64,000 bases of DNA from an uncultured bacterium. GTDB lineage: Bacteria > Auribacterota > Erginobacteria > Erginobacterales > Erginobacteraceae. The position numbers and the translations under genes were made by a program. The DNA is taken from contig CAWGIE010000035.1 in NCBI GenBank assembly GCA_963822585.1, positions 64,001 to 128,000 of the forward strand. The letters are read 5' to 3'. The notes beneath the pieces were generated by a model that searched no databases, was not told where the DNA came from, and saw only the letters and a program-made list of their open reading frames with translations. This document shows positions 63,806-64,000 of the stretch, piece by piece. The first letter of the stretch is position 1, and each line of letters opens with the position of its first letter.

Positions 63806-64000
63806 TCGGTTGCCGCCCCCTTTTTACCCGAGGTGTTTTTCCCCATCGTCCGAGGTAACCATTTCTTCCTTTTCCGCCGGTCCTATGGCCGGCGGAAAAG
63901 AAAAAAGGGAATAAAAAACGTCCTTCCTCCGACTAACAGAGTAGTTCTCAACCCGCCGGTCGTGTCCGGCAAACAAAGGAGGGAAGGATATGAAGTCAGT

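Noticed and set aside
29813..63959. Shared CAACCCGCCGG ahead of the RBS at 29813 and 63949
   Set aside because: Only 11 GC-rich bases in two places, and the second gene is cut off by the window end

Overview
This is a GC-rich bacterial chromosomal segment. The RpoD architecture and the secreted-protein repertoire suggest a PVC-related lineage, but that is an inference. Housekeeping content: a complete trp operon (trpE-trpGD-trpC-trpF-trpB-trpA, minus strand) with a probable Trp-leader attenuator, tRNA-Ala(GGC), nfo, leuS, grpE-dnaJ-rsmE-mtaB-dnaG-rpoD, tRNA-Ile2(CAT), ssnA, apgM, amrS, an amrB-amrA fusion, topA, plsC, SemiSWEET and a receiver-domain protein. Accessory content: five secreted proteins share a ~40-aa DYNGDG (FG-GAP-like) repeat module. 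They are a GH64 glucanase, a giant sigma54-driven lyase-like/Ig/PKD/DNRLRE protein, an SBBP propeller protein, a DUF1566 protein that looks like a DGR target, and a beta-helix protein. Many intergenic gaps carry small repeat elements: inverted 7/8/9-bp tandem arrays, palindromes anchored on stop codons, GTAG-type REP-like units, and ~150-bp promoter-bearing inserts that duplicate tRNA 5' ends. Several genes have frameshifts or in-frame stops, often at homopolymers. These are probably in part assembly errors. No CRISPR array, transposase, integrase or reverse transcriptase was seen. All product calls come from motif recognition by eye; no database searches were run.
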